A stretch of DNA of 64,000 bases from Eledone cirrhosa (lineage: Eukaryota), in NCBI GenBank assembly GCA_964016885.1, contig OZ024742.1, positions 133,114,001-133,178,000 of the forward strand. The letters run 5' to 3'. Below the pieces are notes generated by a model that did no database searches, was not told where the DNA came from, and was given only the letters and a program-made list of their open reading frames with translations. A program made the translations under genes and the position numbers. Within the stretch, counting starts at the first letter, position 1. The number at the start of each line of letters is the position of its first letter. This document shows, piece after piece, positions 41,860-58,617 of this stretch.

Positions 41860-42530
41860 TCCATAGGTGTTCAATGCAGGACAAGGAGGCACGGTCGTAG
41901 TGGCTAAAGCTGAAGTTCTGGTCAGGGTATGATGACATGTTGTTTTGGTTTTTCCTCCTGTGCCTTTTGTCCTGGAAGGTGACCCTGTGGGTCATTTCGA
42001 AGGAGACAGCATAGATATTGGTGAGACGCCAGACGGCACGGTTCTCAATTTGGGTGGTTAACTGGTGATGGTCGATATGACAGACACAATGGAATCTTGT
42101 CAAAAGCTCATTGTATCATTTACTTGGTACCGCCGACTGAGGATGGCCAGTACAGATTTCACTATACAGCGTGTTCCTTGGAGGCCTTGTTCCTTTATCC
42201 TGGAGATGTGCCCTGCCCAAAGCAGTTGAGATTTTAGCAACATGGCCTTGATGCTTGTGAACTTCGCCCGGTCAATTACTTCTTCATCAGCAACAAAGTC
42301 ACTGTAGTAACTTATTTAAGCTGATTTCCAGCCTAAAGAATTGGGCTGGCTCTGCGAAGTGAAGCGTTGCACAGCTCTTTCCGTGTGGTTAAAATGAGCA
42401 GCTTAGTCGGCAAAGAGGTGGTTTCGAATTAGTTGTTCCAATTTCTTGGCGTGGACCTGTAGTCGATGAAGATTAAATAGACTGCCATCAAGTCGGTATC
42501 ATACGTAGACTCCACCTTCATCATCAATAT
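41860..42530 (-). pseudogene. Decayed RTE/BovB-like LINE RT fragment
   Basis: Minus strand DGSLFNLHRLQ..IRNHLFAD and SIKAMLLKSQLLWAGHISRI, with an internal deletion. Confidence 0.75.
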
Positions 42531-43715
42531 CTTCTTCGGCCTACTTCAGCTTCATATAATGCTTTTGATCTCCTATTCTCACCAAACGATAACACTATTA
42601 TCTATAAAAAAATGCATCACATTGCTGATATGTTACTGCAAGCGCGACTACAATTATTTAAACAGTATCTAAATCTAAAATTTATGAAATATATATTATA
42701 TAAATGGATTCAACATAAGTTGTGACTACGAAGACTTTACTTCATTGATCAATAGAGATAAATAGAATCTCAAATCTGTTATCGAGTAAATCGCTTAATA
42801 TTCTAGAGGCACGTGTATTTTCTACGTAAATTTCTACGAAGAGAGCATTACAGACGCAGTTTGGTAACCGAGGCCTCAATGGAGCAAAGAAGAAGAAGAT
42901 ACATCGGAAAACACGCGTACACATAAAAATGCAACGTTCGAGGACATACACACACTAACACACATAAATGTGTGTATATATATATTTAAAAGAATAGAGG
43001 TGTAACACACAAGTTATTATATATTGGTAAACGGAATAGAAAATGCTGACAAATTGTTCACAGTGAAAAATAGTTTAATTAGGAATAAGTGAGAATTAGT
43101 AATTGTATTGGTTAGTATTCAGTTTTGGTTTTAAGTTTTACCGGTTGCGCATTTCTAATGCTTTTCAAAAATAATTTTGAGATAGAGGGCGCTAAAAAGT
43201 GCGTGGCCTTAACTGCATCACAAAAGGGTATAGTGGTTGCTTTCTTTTACTAGGGAGGTAGGACCGCTGCATTAAGTGTGTGAATCAAATACCCCACGAT
43301 TATTTCTCATAATTACATGACCGGTGGGAATACTCTAACGCACCCAAACCATACAACCATTAAAAAAAAAAAAGACAGAATAACCAAACTCTATAAGAAA
43401 TGATATTTTTAAAAAGTTGTACGCGGATATCTCGCATCATTAACGAACCATTAGTCAGATGAGCTTTTCATTCCAGATACAATGGAACATTCAAGCTGAT
43501 CAATAGCGAAACACGCGTCACACCTGAATAAACATAACCATGATACTCTCACACCTCTTTCCTTCTCATTATTGATTTTACATTCTATTATTTTTTAGGG
43601 AAACAAACCATACTATACTTAAACCGTACTATACTTAAACATCGGTGTGCCAACACAGCTACATAAGGTCACAACACATTAATATATATAAACGTGTGTG
43701 TGTGGGGGGGGGGGG

Positions 43716-44136
<421 letters not shown>

Positions 44137-44175
44137 ACACTTGCCTTTGTTATTACCATCATTGTTAAACTAATA

Positions 44176-44230
<55 letters not shown>

Positions 44231-44257
44231 ATATATATATATATATATATATATGTG

Positions 44258-44291
<34 letters not shown>

Positions 44292-44292
44292 T

Positions 44293-44332
<40 letters not shown>

Positions 44333-44409
44333 TTGATATATACATATATAGATACATGAGTTTGTGGGTGTTCAGTAAATAAATGTAGATTTATGTGTAT
44401 TCTGCCACA

Positions 44410-44471
<62 letters not shown>

Positions 44472-44987
44472 GCATTATTTCAAAGTAAATTAAGTTGTAC
44501 TAGGCATATACATCAATAAGAAAAGGATTGGAATATACCGTGTTAACTAAATGACCATATATGGATGTATATCTTATTAGATACAAAATCAAAGAAGTAA
44601 ATACACATACTCAGTCACACGTATATTTATAAACATTCAATCATATGATCCTAATATATACTGTTTGATGAAATTCACACATTTTCGCAGATTCATCATC
44701 AAATAATTCAAGAGAGAACCATAGTTAGATCATACAGCGTATCTGTGTAATATACAATTATATTCACAGACGTTATTTACACACGAGTTAACACATCAAT
44801 ACTAAACTTTCCATATAAGCAAACACAACACTCACGAATATGTATCTCCCCTCTATATCTCTTCCACTCTCTCCATCCTTCTTTCTTTCTCACCCTCTCT
44901 TTTCCTTGTTTCATCACATGCAAACACACAATTACGGATATACATACTTTAACACATAAACTCGCAATATATGTATATATAAATAAA

Positions 44988-45062
<75 letters not shown>

Positions 45063-45171
45063 GACTATATATATATATATATATATACACACATGCATAT
45101 ATATATATAGTCTAATATACATACATAAATATATATGTATGCTTGTATGTACGTGTGTGTGTATGTATGTA

Positions 45172-45236
<65 letters not shown>

Positions 45237-45753
45237 TTACGGAACTACGCATTGCTATCATGCTATCACTTTAAATATATCTAGAGAAAATGAAGACAAA
45301 AGAAGGGAAAGCGGAACAGAGAGAAAATGAGAAGAGAAGAAAATACAGAAACAACGAAAAATATATTGATAATAATGTAATATAGAAAGCAATAAATAAT
45401 GGAAGAAAGAATGAGAACAAAGTAAGGAATATTATTACTACATGGCTGGCATGATCAAATAATTCATGACTCATACATTAATAGTATGACTTAAATCTAA
45501 CATATTTCTATATTAACAAGATAACTTTGAGAAAAGAAATTCATAAGAAAACCTATCTGTATAATATCACGCTCTTTTTCTTTCTCTTAGACTTCAATCT
45601 TTTTCTCTGCCTGTGTCCCTCTGATACTGAAATATATATATATATACAAATATAATTTCAGCGAGATCGTATTCTGGCGGCCTCCAAAACAAGACGAGAC
45701 GCAATTTTCTAGATATGCCGGCAAGCTCTCAATGGACTAGGAAGAAGCCAGGG

Positions 45754-45829
<76 letters not shown>

Positions 45830-45899
45830 ATACATAATACTTATACAGAAACACCCGCACACAATAAAACACACATACATACATACATGCATCTATCTA

Positions 45900-46000
<101 letters not shown>

Positions 46001-46399
46001 TGTGTGGTTGATATATATGACGTCTTTGATAAATATTCTATCCTCTAATTAAGATAAACTTTTGAAATCCATTTGAAATTTCACGTGTCTCATATTGAAC
46101 CATTGTGTGATAAAGAACTTCATGTGGTGTATGTTGTCAAATAATCATAATTTAATAAAAAAAATCTATAAAATGTTTCTGTAGTGCCAGAGTTGACAGC
46201 AAAATTAAAATGTAACTGCGAATATATCTCATGATACAGAAATATCATAGAATATGCGCTGAAGCCTGACTGAACTCGTGGATCTTTAGATTATGTGGGC
46301 TGATTATCTCTAATAATTTAATGACTACTGATTTTAGAATTGGCGAAGGATATTGACGTTATGCATGATATTAGGATGAAAACGACCATTCTGCGTTTA

Positions 46400-47400
46400 T
46401 TATGAGAAAGAAATCTAACAATATATGGAAAAGTCTTTAAAAATATAATTCTAAGAGATTTTAAGAGAGTAGAAGGATAGATTTCCAATAGAAATATCTA
46501 AATTGTAACACAAAATTAACCGTGCTGGCTTAGTGAACGTTTATCTGAATATTCCGAAGGACATACAGAGAGTTAAAACGCATCAGAAGAGATGTAATAA
46601 TTTAATGACAACCATCAGTTTCGTCACTTGGTTACTTATTGGGAAGTATAAGGCCATCACATGTATCAATACTCGTATGGCCGCGATAATACTACAGCTT
46701 AGAAAGAACCTCGAAAAAGCTGATCCTAAGAGAAGATATACACCGACAAGTAGAAGGAAGGTGTAAGACATTCTCGGAAACAATTCTTAGAAATAAATAT
46801 ATGACTCACCGCAGAATGCTGGTTAGAAGTAGAAAGTGGAAATCCCGATACGAAAGACATGTGGATGCAATGCCAATACTATTAAGAAATGTATAATTGG
46901 AAACAAAAGTAACTAATTCCCAGTAGTTTAATTGAGAAAATTGAAGGTGTCATCATCCACGCGATCAGATAAAAAGAAAATGAACATGACTCAATGAAGC
47001 AATTTTCCACGACCAAATAAGATAGTACAGCTGAATGAGGTTTAGAACCAGACAAGGCTTTGTTGTAGGAATCAGTGACATAGTTAGCAAGCACTGTCCA
47101 GAGCCAATCTCATAACCGTGGACGTCTATGAATATAATGTTGTGGCGGTAAAAGATTGCTGATTAGTTGAATTTCTCCAAAGATCTTTGAATCCTCAAAG
47201 ATCAAAACAAAATACAACAAACACGTTAGGCTTTTACCTTGTTGAATATAAAACATATGTTTCTCATCAGTGTTTCCCCAAATAAGATTGCTGAGAAGTC
47301 TTCTTAAGAAGAGATAGTCTGATTATTCAACGAAAATGATGTTGATGCTTGGAGATCCACACTGGCTTGATTATTCTAAGGCAGGGACTAGCATCAGAGA
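46400..47400 (+). pseudogene. Highly decayed non-LTR RT remnant (clade uncertain)
   Basis: KYKAITCINT resembles the RT motif YRPITCL.T. Purine-rich coding-like composition, but no intact frame. Confidence 0.3.
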
Positions 47401-48216
47401 AAATGGATGGAAACTATTCGTACCTGTATTCAAACAATGTGTATTGGACAAGGTTACGTTGCACATCTTCCATATTCCAAGTAAGGAATTTGGATTGTTA
47501 CAATAAATTAACTTTGCCTTTATATCTTCTAAACGTTCTTCCAGAATCTATTCCTTGTAAAGTTGTTATAACGATGCGATCTGAATGTAAGCAACTGCAA
47601 TAATTTTGATTTTTTAGCCATATTATTATTTCCTGAAAATGATATCAACGCGATATATTTTATTTAAATCCCCTAAACTCTTTTATCAAGTGTAGACAGA
47701 ATTCTACCTCGAAATTACCTGTAAGCATGCATTGAATTATGAATCTGCAGAGCAAGTGCTTTACAATTATTTTTTGTTCTGAAATAGTTAACATTAAGTG
47801 ATAAGAGCTGCACTATTTTGATGAAATTTGCTCCTGATTTGCATGATTATCATTACTCTGAATACTAAGGTCTCCACTGAAAGGCAAATACATATTTAAA
47901 TATTTTATTCTTCCAAGCATACATATATTTTCAAACATTATTTTTCTTGATTTATACTCTTTGTGTTAATTAATTGACTATTTCAACATCCTATATAAAG
48001 TGTCATGTATTGTGAATAGAAAATTTACATTGTAGAATATCCACATACAGGCACACATATATTTTCAGTTTTACTGAATTTCACTCTTCTAATTATTATA
48101 GCACATTGCTTATTACACTATCTCTCAGATACAGTTAATTACTACCTAATGGATTCGCTGAATATAGTGTTTTGACGAAGGACACATATCCTAGATTATC
48201 ATTATACAACAAAAAA

Positions 48217-48716
48217 TGGCGTTGGATTGGCAATATTAATAAATCATCGAGCAAACATCTGTGTGGTATTTAGTTACGATTTTCAAAGTTCTGAGTTCAA
48301 ATAACGCCGAGGTAAAATGTACTGTTCATTACTTCGATATTAAAAAAATGTACCAGTTAAGTAATGGGCTTGCTACAACTTTTTCCCAAACTTGCTGAAA
48401 TTGTTCCAAAGTTAGAAACCATTATTGGTAGAGGGTCGGACGTCATGCTTTGACGCATATAGTTACGGCCCTTTCCATTCTGAGTTCAAATCCCGCCGCG
48501 GTTAACTTTGCCTTTTAACCTTACAGGGTCGATAAAATAAAGTACCAGTAATGTACTGGGTAATTTGCTGGCCTTGTGCCAAAATTAGAAGCAATTATTA
48601 CAAATAATATCGCCGAGGTTAACTTTGCCTTTTATCCCTACGGGGTCGATGAAATAAAGTACCAGTAATGGACTGGGTATTTGCTGGCCTTGTGCCAAAA
48701 GTAGAAACAATTATTA
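48217..48716 (+). mobile_element. Cluster of three tandem SINE copies, progressively more truncated
   Basis: Copies at 48217-48425, 48427-48600 and 48611-48716. The last is bounded by TSD attattacaaataata. Confidence 0.85.
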
Positions 48717-50319
48717 CAAATAATATACAAACAATAATGATGGTGAACTGAACTCGTGGCATCGACCACGATACAAATGCTTCAGACGATTATGTGTAAA
48801 ATATCGTAGAAAAAAGTATGCTACACATCAAAGAACATGATTTTCGGGGCTTGTGACGAAATTCCGCCGATATATACTTTTTATTAATTTGCGTATTATA
48901 AACTAGTTCGGTATCGCTTAACCTCGTAAAGTATATCAGGTAGAATAAAAAATATTGTAGTAAATAATGTTTGATATTTATCTTTATATAAGTTTGCAAC
49001 GAGGCGGCAACATTTATGGTACTTTGTTAGGAATATATTTCTGATGATAATGCTGATGGTGATAATGATAACGGCGAGGACAAAAGCGATGGTGAGAATC
49101 CTGATCATGATTACAATGATAGTGATAGTGAAGATAAAGAAGAGGATGATGAAGATCATAAATTCGATTCAGTTGGTAATTACAATTATGATCATGGTAG
49201 GCATAGTTGTTATAATGACGTTGATGTCAAGGATAATGGTGAACGTAAAGTTGGTTTGCAGGTAGATTTGATTTTGATTTTAAATTTGATAATGATAAAT
49301 ACGATTATAATTACTCTACTAACGATACATTTCCGGAAGTGTATAGCGCTATTATATTCTCTGTCTCCAGAGTGATATTCCAAATTTAAAGAAAGCAAAA
49401 AGAAACACGCCATGTTCCAAGTTATATTAATTCCTGATATTCCTCATTGAAGCAGCTACTGTAACACTCTGTAGAACGCTTGAATTAAACACCTTCCATG
49501 AGCTGGAGATGACAGCCAGAAACTCTTCTAAGTGATGTTAATATTGGTTTGTTGAGGACATGTGAGTAGGTGATATATTAGCGTTGTGGGAGAAGGGTAA
49601 GTACAATCTTATTAAACGTACACATTGAAAGAATACTGATTATTAGATCAAATTCACAATCCTGAGGTTGAGAGTTCGATTCCTGGGTCGGGCGATGCGT
49701 TATTTCCAGGAGCAAGACATTTTATTTCACGTTACAACCTTCTGTCAGGAGTTGTAGCATGTAGCTAGTATCAACCATTGGAAAGACCAAAGGATATATT
49801 GTTTCCTTGGCCCGATTAGACGACATCTACACCATTCGACAAGTGAGTAAGACCTGGGATCGTGTCGATTCTGATTTTTTAAATAATTGCTAACAAATGA
49901 TACTGGTATATAAGTTAGCAAAATGAATACATCTTTTTCCTCTGCCTTCAAGCCTTCGCTCTGTGGAAAGGAGGAAAGTAAATAATTATGATCGAAAATT
50001 AATGACTAATCAAAGCGTATTTAATTGTACATAAATCGCCTTGATTAGAGAGGCTGTATTTCAACCAGGGTAGCTATTACAACGCAATTATACAAGTATG
50101 ATTGGTAAACATACACAGATACAATTGAATATGCAGTTATATGAAGATGTCTAAATTAACACAAGTTTTAATTCCATCTAGGGAAAATACGCGTGGCGAA
50201 TGGGTAGCTTCTACAACATCTGATTTTCATCTCTCTGAGTTCAACGCCCGCGGCCACTGCAGTGCAATTAACATACACACTCGCGCACATACATAGGTAT
50301 ACACCCAATCAAACTCACA

Positions 50320-50377
<58 letters not shown>

Positions 50378-51460
50378 TATATGCATATATGTAAAATTTT
50401 CTATTGCACAAATCCCCTTACTCATATATTAAAACCGTGTATGCATCTTAAGCCGCTATGCAATTTACGTGTAAGCTGTTGTAGACGTGCCATCTTGTGT
50501 TTGCTTCTACAATATTACTAATTCAATTATAGCTTGTATTGAAATTTTGAGACAGGCAGCCCTTCTTCATTTCTGAAACCCTTCTCTTATTTCAATGGCA
50601 GCAAAGACGCTATCACCTATTTTGAATTTTACTTCTTTGTTCATGCTGATTGCATTAATGCTTTCCTTAAACAGTTTCTAGGGTTTGTAGCAATTTATAT
50701 TGATTTTTCAATGTGTGTTTATTTCCAGTCAATTTCGGTTATGTGATGCTGTGATTTGAAAGCACAACAATATCTCTGTGGTTACTATAGCGCTTTAGAT
50801 AGCAATTGGTTAAATTAAATCTTTGTCGTATCATATAACATAAACTCGTCCAAAACGAGAAAAAAAGAAAGAAACAACTACGAACTCATATTTTAGCCAA
50901 TTTCAGCAGATGTTTATTCTAATTTAATTCATTGCATTAACAAAATATAAATCAAAAGAAATGTTAAGATATCCTTCTTTTGTAATTGTTTAGATATAGG
51001 TATTGTTATTCTTGATGTTATTATAATTTAGTGTTTCATTCCAGAATGAAGTACGTTCGAATCATGAAAGTCCAGTATGAGAAAGGGCAATTGATTTTGT
51101 ATGGATTCAGACTGGCACCGTTATGTGCAGCGGGGAGACTTGGGTATTTTAAAACTAAAGCATTTTTATGTAGGAAAAAACCCGGTTTTCTCCAGAAACC
51201 CATGACTTATCTGTCATGAATTATTAACAAATCTGTTCAATTTTTTCATGGCATTATTCTCAATCGATTTTGCGAAGTTTTTTATTAATATAATATATGT
51301 CACAAAATATGATTTCTAGCTTATTATCTAATCAATGACTCGCCTTTAGATCTTTAAGGTTACTTATCATCTTCAAATTGTCACTCTAAAATAGATGGAT
51401 GTACGTCTGATTAACATGTTACTTGTTATCATTATTTGTTATTGCTGCCGTGATGTAAAA

Positions 51461-53080
51461 CCCCCTCTTTTACCGCCCTCTACCCTCCGATCCCACCCCC
51501 CTCTACCAACAACAAGTCTCCTCCACCATCAAAGACTATATCGCCTCCTCCCTCTCCCCCCCACCGCTTCCCACCTCATCGTCCGCAACCCCCGCACCCC
51601 CACCATCTACTTCCTCCCCAAACTCCACAAACCCGACAACCCCGGCCGCTCCATCGTCTCCGCTTGCAACTGCCCCACCGAACTCATCTCCGCCTTTCTC
51701 GACTCCCTCCTCGCCCCCCTTGTCACCACCCTCCCCTCCCACATCTCCGACACCAACCACGCCCTGCGCCTTTTCGACTCCTTCACCTACCTACCCGGCC
51801 CACAGCTCTTCCTATTCACCCTAGACATCAAGTCCCTCTATACAGTCATCCCCCACGCCGACGGCCTTCGCGCCCTCAAACACTACCTCGACCTTCGCCC
51901 CTCCCCCATTCCCTCCACCCCCACCCACCTTCGCCTCGCCGAGCTGGTCCTCACCCTAAATTGTTTCTCCTTCTCGGGTGAGTTTTACCAACAGGTCACG
52001 GGGCTAGCCATGGGCACAAGAATGGGCCCGAACTATGCCAACCTTTTTGTTGGCCATGTTGAGGCCCACATGTTTGCCCAGTACACCGGCCCCACGCCCG
52101 AACTGTACGGTCTTTACATTGACGACTGTATCGGAGCCACGACCCTCTATCTCCACCACCCACGTCCACTCCTTAGACATCTCCGTGGCTCCTTCGACCC
52201 CTCCCACAACTCCCTCGTCACCTCCGCCTTCTTCAAACCCACCGACTCCCACTCTTACCTCGACTTCACCTCTTCCCACCCCACCCCCACTAAACACTCC
52301 ATTCCCTACTCCCAACTTCTCAGGATCCGCCGCCTCTGTAGCCGTGATGCTGACTTCGAGTCCCAGGCCCCTTTCATCCGCAGAGGTTACCCCCCCCCCT
52401 CTCTCGTCTACACCGCTCTCACCCGCGCCCGTGCTATCCCCCGCCCCACAACCCTCACCCCACGCCATCGCACACCCACCCACCGTCTCCCCTTCCCCAT
52501 AACCTACCACCCCTCCACCTTACCCCTCCACCGCACCATCCGCCGCCTCTTCCGACGCCTCCAGTCCGACCCCTCCACCTCCCACATCTTCCCAACCCCA
52601 CGAATCCCCTCCTTCAAACGCGCACGCAATCTCCGCACCCTCCTCGTCCACAGCTCCCTACCCCCTACCCACGCTCTGTTCCCCCCCCAGTTCCTTCCCC
52701 TGTTCTAGGCCCCGCTGCAACACCTGTCCCCACATCACCAACACCACCACCTTCCAGGGTCCCAACGGCCACTCTCTCTCGGTCCGGCATGCCTTCCGCT
52801 GCACCTCCTCCAACCTAGTCTACGGACTTATGTCGGACAGACGGGACGTCGACTGGCGGACCGAGTCTCGGAGCACCTCCGGGATATTCGTCTCGGGGGC
52901 AGTTCCTCCATCGCCCGCCACTTTGGTGGCCCTGGACACTCCGCACGCCATCTCACAGTCTGTGGCCTACTCCAGTGCCACGGAACACCCGCCCATCGCC
53001 TTACGGTCGAACAACGAACTATCTTCATCTTACAGACCCACACTCCCCCCGGTCTGAACTCACCACCCTTATTCCTTTAG
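51461..53080 (+). pseudogene. PLE reverse transcriptase + Cys-linker + GIY-YIG endonuclease (frameshifted)
   Basis: YFLPKLHKPDNPGRSIVS, FTLDIKSLYT, QQVTGLAMGTRMGPNYA, YIDD, KPTDSHSYL..SSHP and RGYP. In a shifted frame from 52695: CSRPRCNTCP, CTSSNLVY, YVGQTGRRLADRVSEH and EQRTIF..PPGLN, with stop at 53080. Small deletions after YIDD and between the GIY and YIG motifs. Confidence 0.92.
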
Positions 53081-54447
53081 CGTTCGACCGCCTCCCTCCC
53101 TCCACACTTATCCCCCACTAACACCACTAACACACCCCTCCTTATCACCGCCCACCCCACACTAACAATACTAACACCTCCACTCCACCCCTCATCTGAC
53201 CACCTTCCCCAACTAACATACTAACATCCCTTCCCTCCCCTCTTCTCCTCCTCCCCCCTCCTTATCACACGCACACACACACCCACTTACACCACCCACC
53301 CCACACGCAACTAACATCACTAACACCCCCCAACCCCACGCACACTTACCCACACACCCTCGTACACCACCAACTCTACACACCCTACCACCACTAACCC
53401 CCACTCACACCTGCATTCAACCCCTCCCCACCTCCCGTATACTAACACCCACTAACACCTCTTCACCAAACTACACACACACCAGTACACCACACTCCCT
53501 CCATAGAACCACACACACCCTTCTCTCCCCGCTCCACCCACAACCCGCTCGACACTCACTCATCCCACTAACACCCCTACTAATACACACACACACACAC
53601 CCTCCTCACTCCAACTTTCACACCTACCCATCCTCGCCCCCCTACCATTCCACCGACTGCTGCTATGCCCTTCTGACCACCTTCCAGCACCAACAGACCA
53701 CAGCACTCCCACTGCTGACCACTTCCTGTTGCGCGCGCACCCCACATCTCTCCTCTTCCGACCACCGCTTCATGGATTACCCACACGCAGAAATTGACTT
53801 ATAACCAAATCTCCAAACATCCCTGGAACTTACCAACTTTTCAACCATCCTCTTACGTAATCACCTATATAACTCACCCACACACACACCCCAAAAAATG
53901 TTTTTCTCCACACGCCACCCACACCCACAGCACGCTTAAACCCCACACACACGTGCTTCCCACCACATATTTACACACTCAGCCTCCTGATTCCTCTCCC
54001 CCCACCCCCTATCCACACACGCACAGACACTCCGACCCACAAAAACACCCCCCACACACACCTCTTCCTGAACATGAAACCCCGTTCTTCCCCCAACCCT
54101 CACTTTCACGTACACACACACACACACACACACACGCACACCTACACACCCACCCCACCTTCAGCCCTCCCCGCTCGGACACCCCGTCTCCCTCTCCCCA
54201 CTCCACCCGCCACCACCCCTACTCACCCCACACCCTTCCACCACCTGTTAAACCCCCCCCTTTTTATTTCAGTTTATTTTGATCATGCCTTTATTTTTAA
54301 ATTTTCTCATTCCTTGTATTTTGATCATGCTTTATTTTTATTTTATACCTTTATTTGTTAATTTTTCATCCGCACCGTTTCCTTTCGCTATATGTCTCTC
54401 CACCACTCCCCTACACACCTTTTGAACTCTGTTCCCACACACTTCCC

Positions 54448-54481
54448 ACCTGAAGAAGGGCTTATGCCCGAAACGTCGTCC
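54448..54481 (+). ncRNA. Minimal hammerhead ribozyme motif in the PLE 3' pLTR
   Basis: CUGAAGA-a-gggc-uuau-gccc-GAAAC-guc-GUC. Stem I pairing is not evident. Confidence 0.65.
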
Positions 54482-54567
54482 CCCACCTACCCCCCACTCT
54501 CCTGAGCGTGAAATTAATAAACATTTATTGTACTGCCTCTCTGATTTGTCCCTGTTCAAATTTTTCC

Positions 54568-55669
<1,102 letters not shown>

Positions 55670-55749
55670 GTATTAAGGATACTATTTATGGCTATGTATA
55701 TACTAAAACCTTTTATAGTTATATATATATTATACCCTAAGTATATATG

Positions 55750-55799
<50 letters not shown>

Positions 55800-56640
55800 G
55801 TATTAAGGATACTATTTATGGTTATGTATATACTAAAACCTTTTATAGTTATATATATATAATACCCTAAGTAGTGAAAGACAGTAATTTATTACTATCT
55901 TATTACCAGTAAGATAAATAGCTCAATGTAACAACATCAGTTGTTTTACAGAGCACTTATATAGAGATTACATGAAACAAAGTTCTGTTTAAATCATTTA
56001 TCTCCTTACAATTGTCTCTTCCAAACCGAGGTTTGGAGTCTTCGGAGCAATTATTCAGTGATTTTTAACATACTTGACCTCCTTTTCAACACAAGAGACA
56101 TATAGAAACATATTTATATATTGACCCACAGTGGGTTGACATCCATTATAATAATATAGCATGGTAATTTACATACAAAGATTACAGTCATATTAAAGGA
56201 CAAAATTAAAATAAAAATGAAAATAAAACATTGGCAGTCTACTTAGATAAAGCAAAAGGACAGTGTATGCAAAAGTCACACGTGTGGCATGCACGCGTGT
56301 TCTATTTATAGAAGGACACGTGTGACTGTTGCATACACTTTCCTTTTGCTTTATCTTAGTAGACTGCCAATATTTATTTTTATTTTTATTTTAATTTTGT
56401 ACTTTAATATGACTGTAATCTGTGTATGTAAATTACCATGCTATATTATTATAATGGATGTCAACCCACTGAGGGTCAATATATACATATGTTTCTATAT
56501 GTCTCTTGTGTTGAAAAGGAGGTCAAGTATGTTAAAAATCTCTGAATAATTGCTCCGAAAACCCCAAACCTCGGTTTGGAAGAAACAATTGTAAGCAGAT
56601 AAATGATTTAAACATAACTTTGTTTCATGTAATCTCTATA
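55800..56640 (-). mobile_element. Family H fold-back element (~330-bp arms plus tail)
   Basis: Arms 55958-56285 and 56316-56640, tail to the left. HHR-like gcu-CCGAAGA-cuccaaac-cucg-guuugga-a-GA(A/G)AC-AAUU-GUA at 56002-56048(-), with a mirror copy at 56552-56598(+). Confidence 0.85.
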
Positions 56641-56664
56641 TGTATATATATATATGTATATATG

Positions 56665-56797
<133 letters not shown>

Positions 56798-56870
56798 GTA
56801 TATATGCATATATGTGTGCATATATATATGTATATATATATGTATATATGTATATATGTGTGTATATATG

Positions 56871-56903
<33 letters not shown>

Positions 56904-57269
56904 GTGTGTATATATATATATGTATATATATATGTGTATATATGTGTGTATATATATATGTATATATATATGTGTATATATGTGTATATATATATATGTA
57001 TATATATATGTGTGTATATATATGTGTATATATATATGTATATATATATGTGTATATATGTGTGTATATATATATGTATATATATATGTTTATATATATA
57101 TGTATATATATATATGTATATATATATATGTATATATATATATGTATATATATATGTGTATATATATATGTGTATATATATATATATATATATGAGTGTG
57201 TATATATATATGTATATATGATAATAAATAAATAACAAAGAACGCTTATAGCATATGCATATCTTTACT

Positions 57270-57315
57270 TGCTAACATTGTTTCATCCGCACTATAAGTG
57301 GGACTCATCAGAGCA
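57270..57315 (-). ncRNA. Minimal hammerhead ribozyme (family I)
   Basis: ugcu-CUGAUGA-gucc-cac-uuaua-gug-c-ggau-GAAAC-aau-GUU-agca, with intact core and stem I ugcu/agca. Mirror copy at 59082-59127(+). Confidence 0.75.
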
Positions 57316-58032
57316 TAAAGGTTAATTACATACCATACAAGCAATAACAAATCCAAGACATTGAAGAATGAAAGGTAATAATAGACGATAGAGGATAAGA
57401 ATAAAAATAAAATTAAAAATAAAAATAAAAATAAAAATAAAAATAAGGGGTGCTATCAGTCACAGTTGGGCGGTGTGCTGTCAACATATAGTTACATACA
57501 AGCATACACATGGATAAGAGAACAGACAAGAGTAGACACATGGATAAGAGAACAGACAAGAGTAGATAAGATAATGGGATTAGGTAAGAGTAGGTAAAAA
57601 ATAGGTAAAAAATAGGTAAAAAATAGGTAAAAAACAGACTTATAATATATATAAAAAGAAATACAAAGAAATACATAACAAACTTACATATAAAATATAA
57701 AATATAGGGTAAGGAATGAGATAAAATAATATAAAATTAAAAATTAAAAATTATATACATAGAACATAATATAGTATAATCGTAAAATAAGATAAAATAA
57801 GGTAAACTAAAATCAAATAACATAGGCTAAATTAAAATAATATAATATAAGATATAATTAAAATCAAATGTATAATTATAATTATATGTATAATTAAATG
57901 TAATTAAATGTAATTAAATAAATAAATAAATAAATAAATAAAAATTAAAAATTAAAAATTAAATAAATAAATAAAATTAAAATTTAAATTTTAAAATTTT
58001 AAAATTTTAAAATTAAAATCTAAATTTAAATA

Positions 58033-58063
<31 letters not shown>

Positions 58064-58113
58064 ATGGAGTCAAGTAAGTAAATAAATAAATTTATTTACT
58101 TACTTGACTCCAT

Positions 58114-58148
<35 letters not shown>

Positions 58149-58231
58149 TATTTAAATTTAGATTTTAATTTTAAAATTTTAAAATTTTAAAATTTAAATT
58201 TTAATTTTATTTATTTATTTAATTTTTAATT

Positions 58232-58263
<32 letters not shown>

Positions 58264-58617
58264 TTACATTTAATTACATTTAATTATACATATAATTATA
58301 ATTATACATTTGATTTTAATTATATCTTATATTATATTATTTTAATTTAGTCTATGTTATTTGATTTTAGTTTACCTTACTTTATCTTATTTTACGATTA
58401 TACTATATTATGTTCTATGTATATAATTTTTAATTTTTAATTTTATATTATTTTATCTCATTCCTTACCCTATATTTTATATTTTATATGTAAGTTTGTT
58501 ATGTATTTCTTTGTATTTCTTTTTATATATATTATAAGTCTGTTTTTTACCTATTTTTTACCTATTTTTGACCTATTTTTTACCTACTCTTACCTAATCC
58601 CATTATCTTATCTACTA

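Noticed and set aside
43495-43525. GAAAC-acgc-GTC as a hammerhead
   Set aside because: No properly placed CUGANGA core or stem I. At best a decayed half-motif.
51395-52708. 437-aa ORF as an intact gene with a signal-like N-terminus
   Set aside because: The first ~22 codons are AT-rich flanking DNA read in frame by chance. The RT has a deletion and compensating frameshift after YIDD, and the endonuclease is in another frame.
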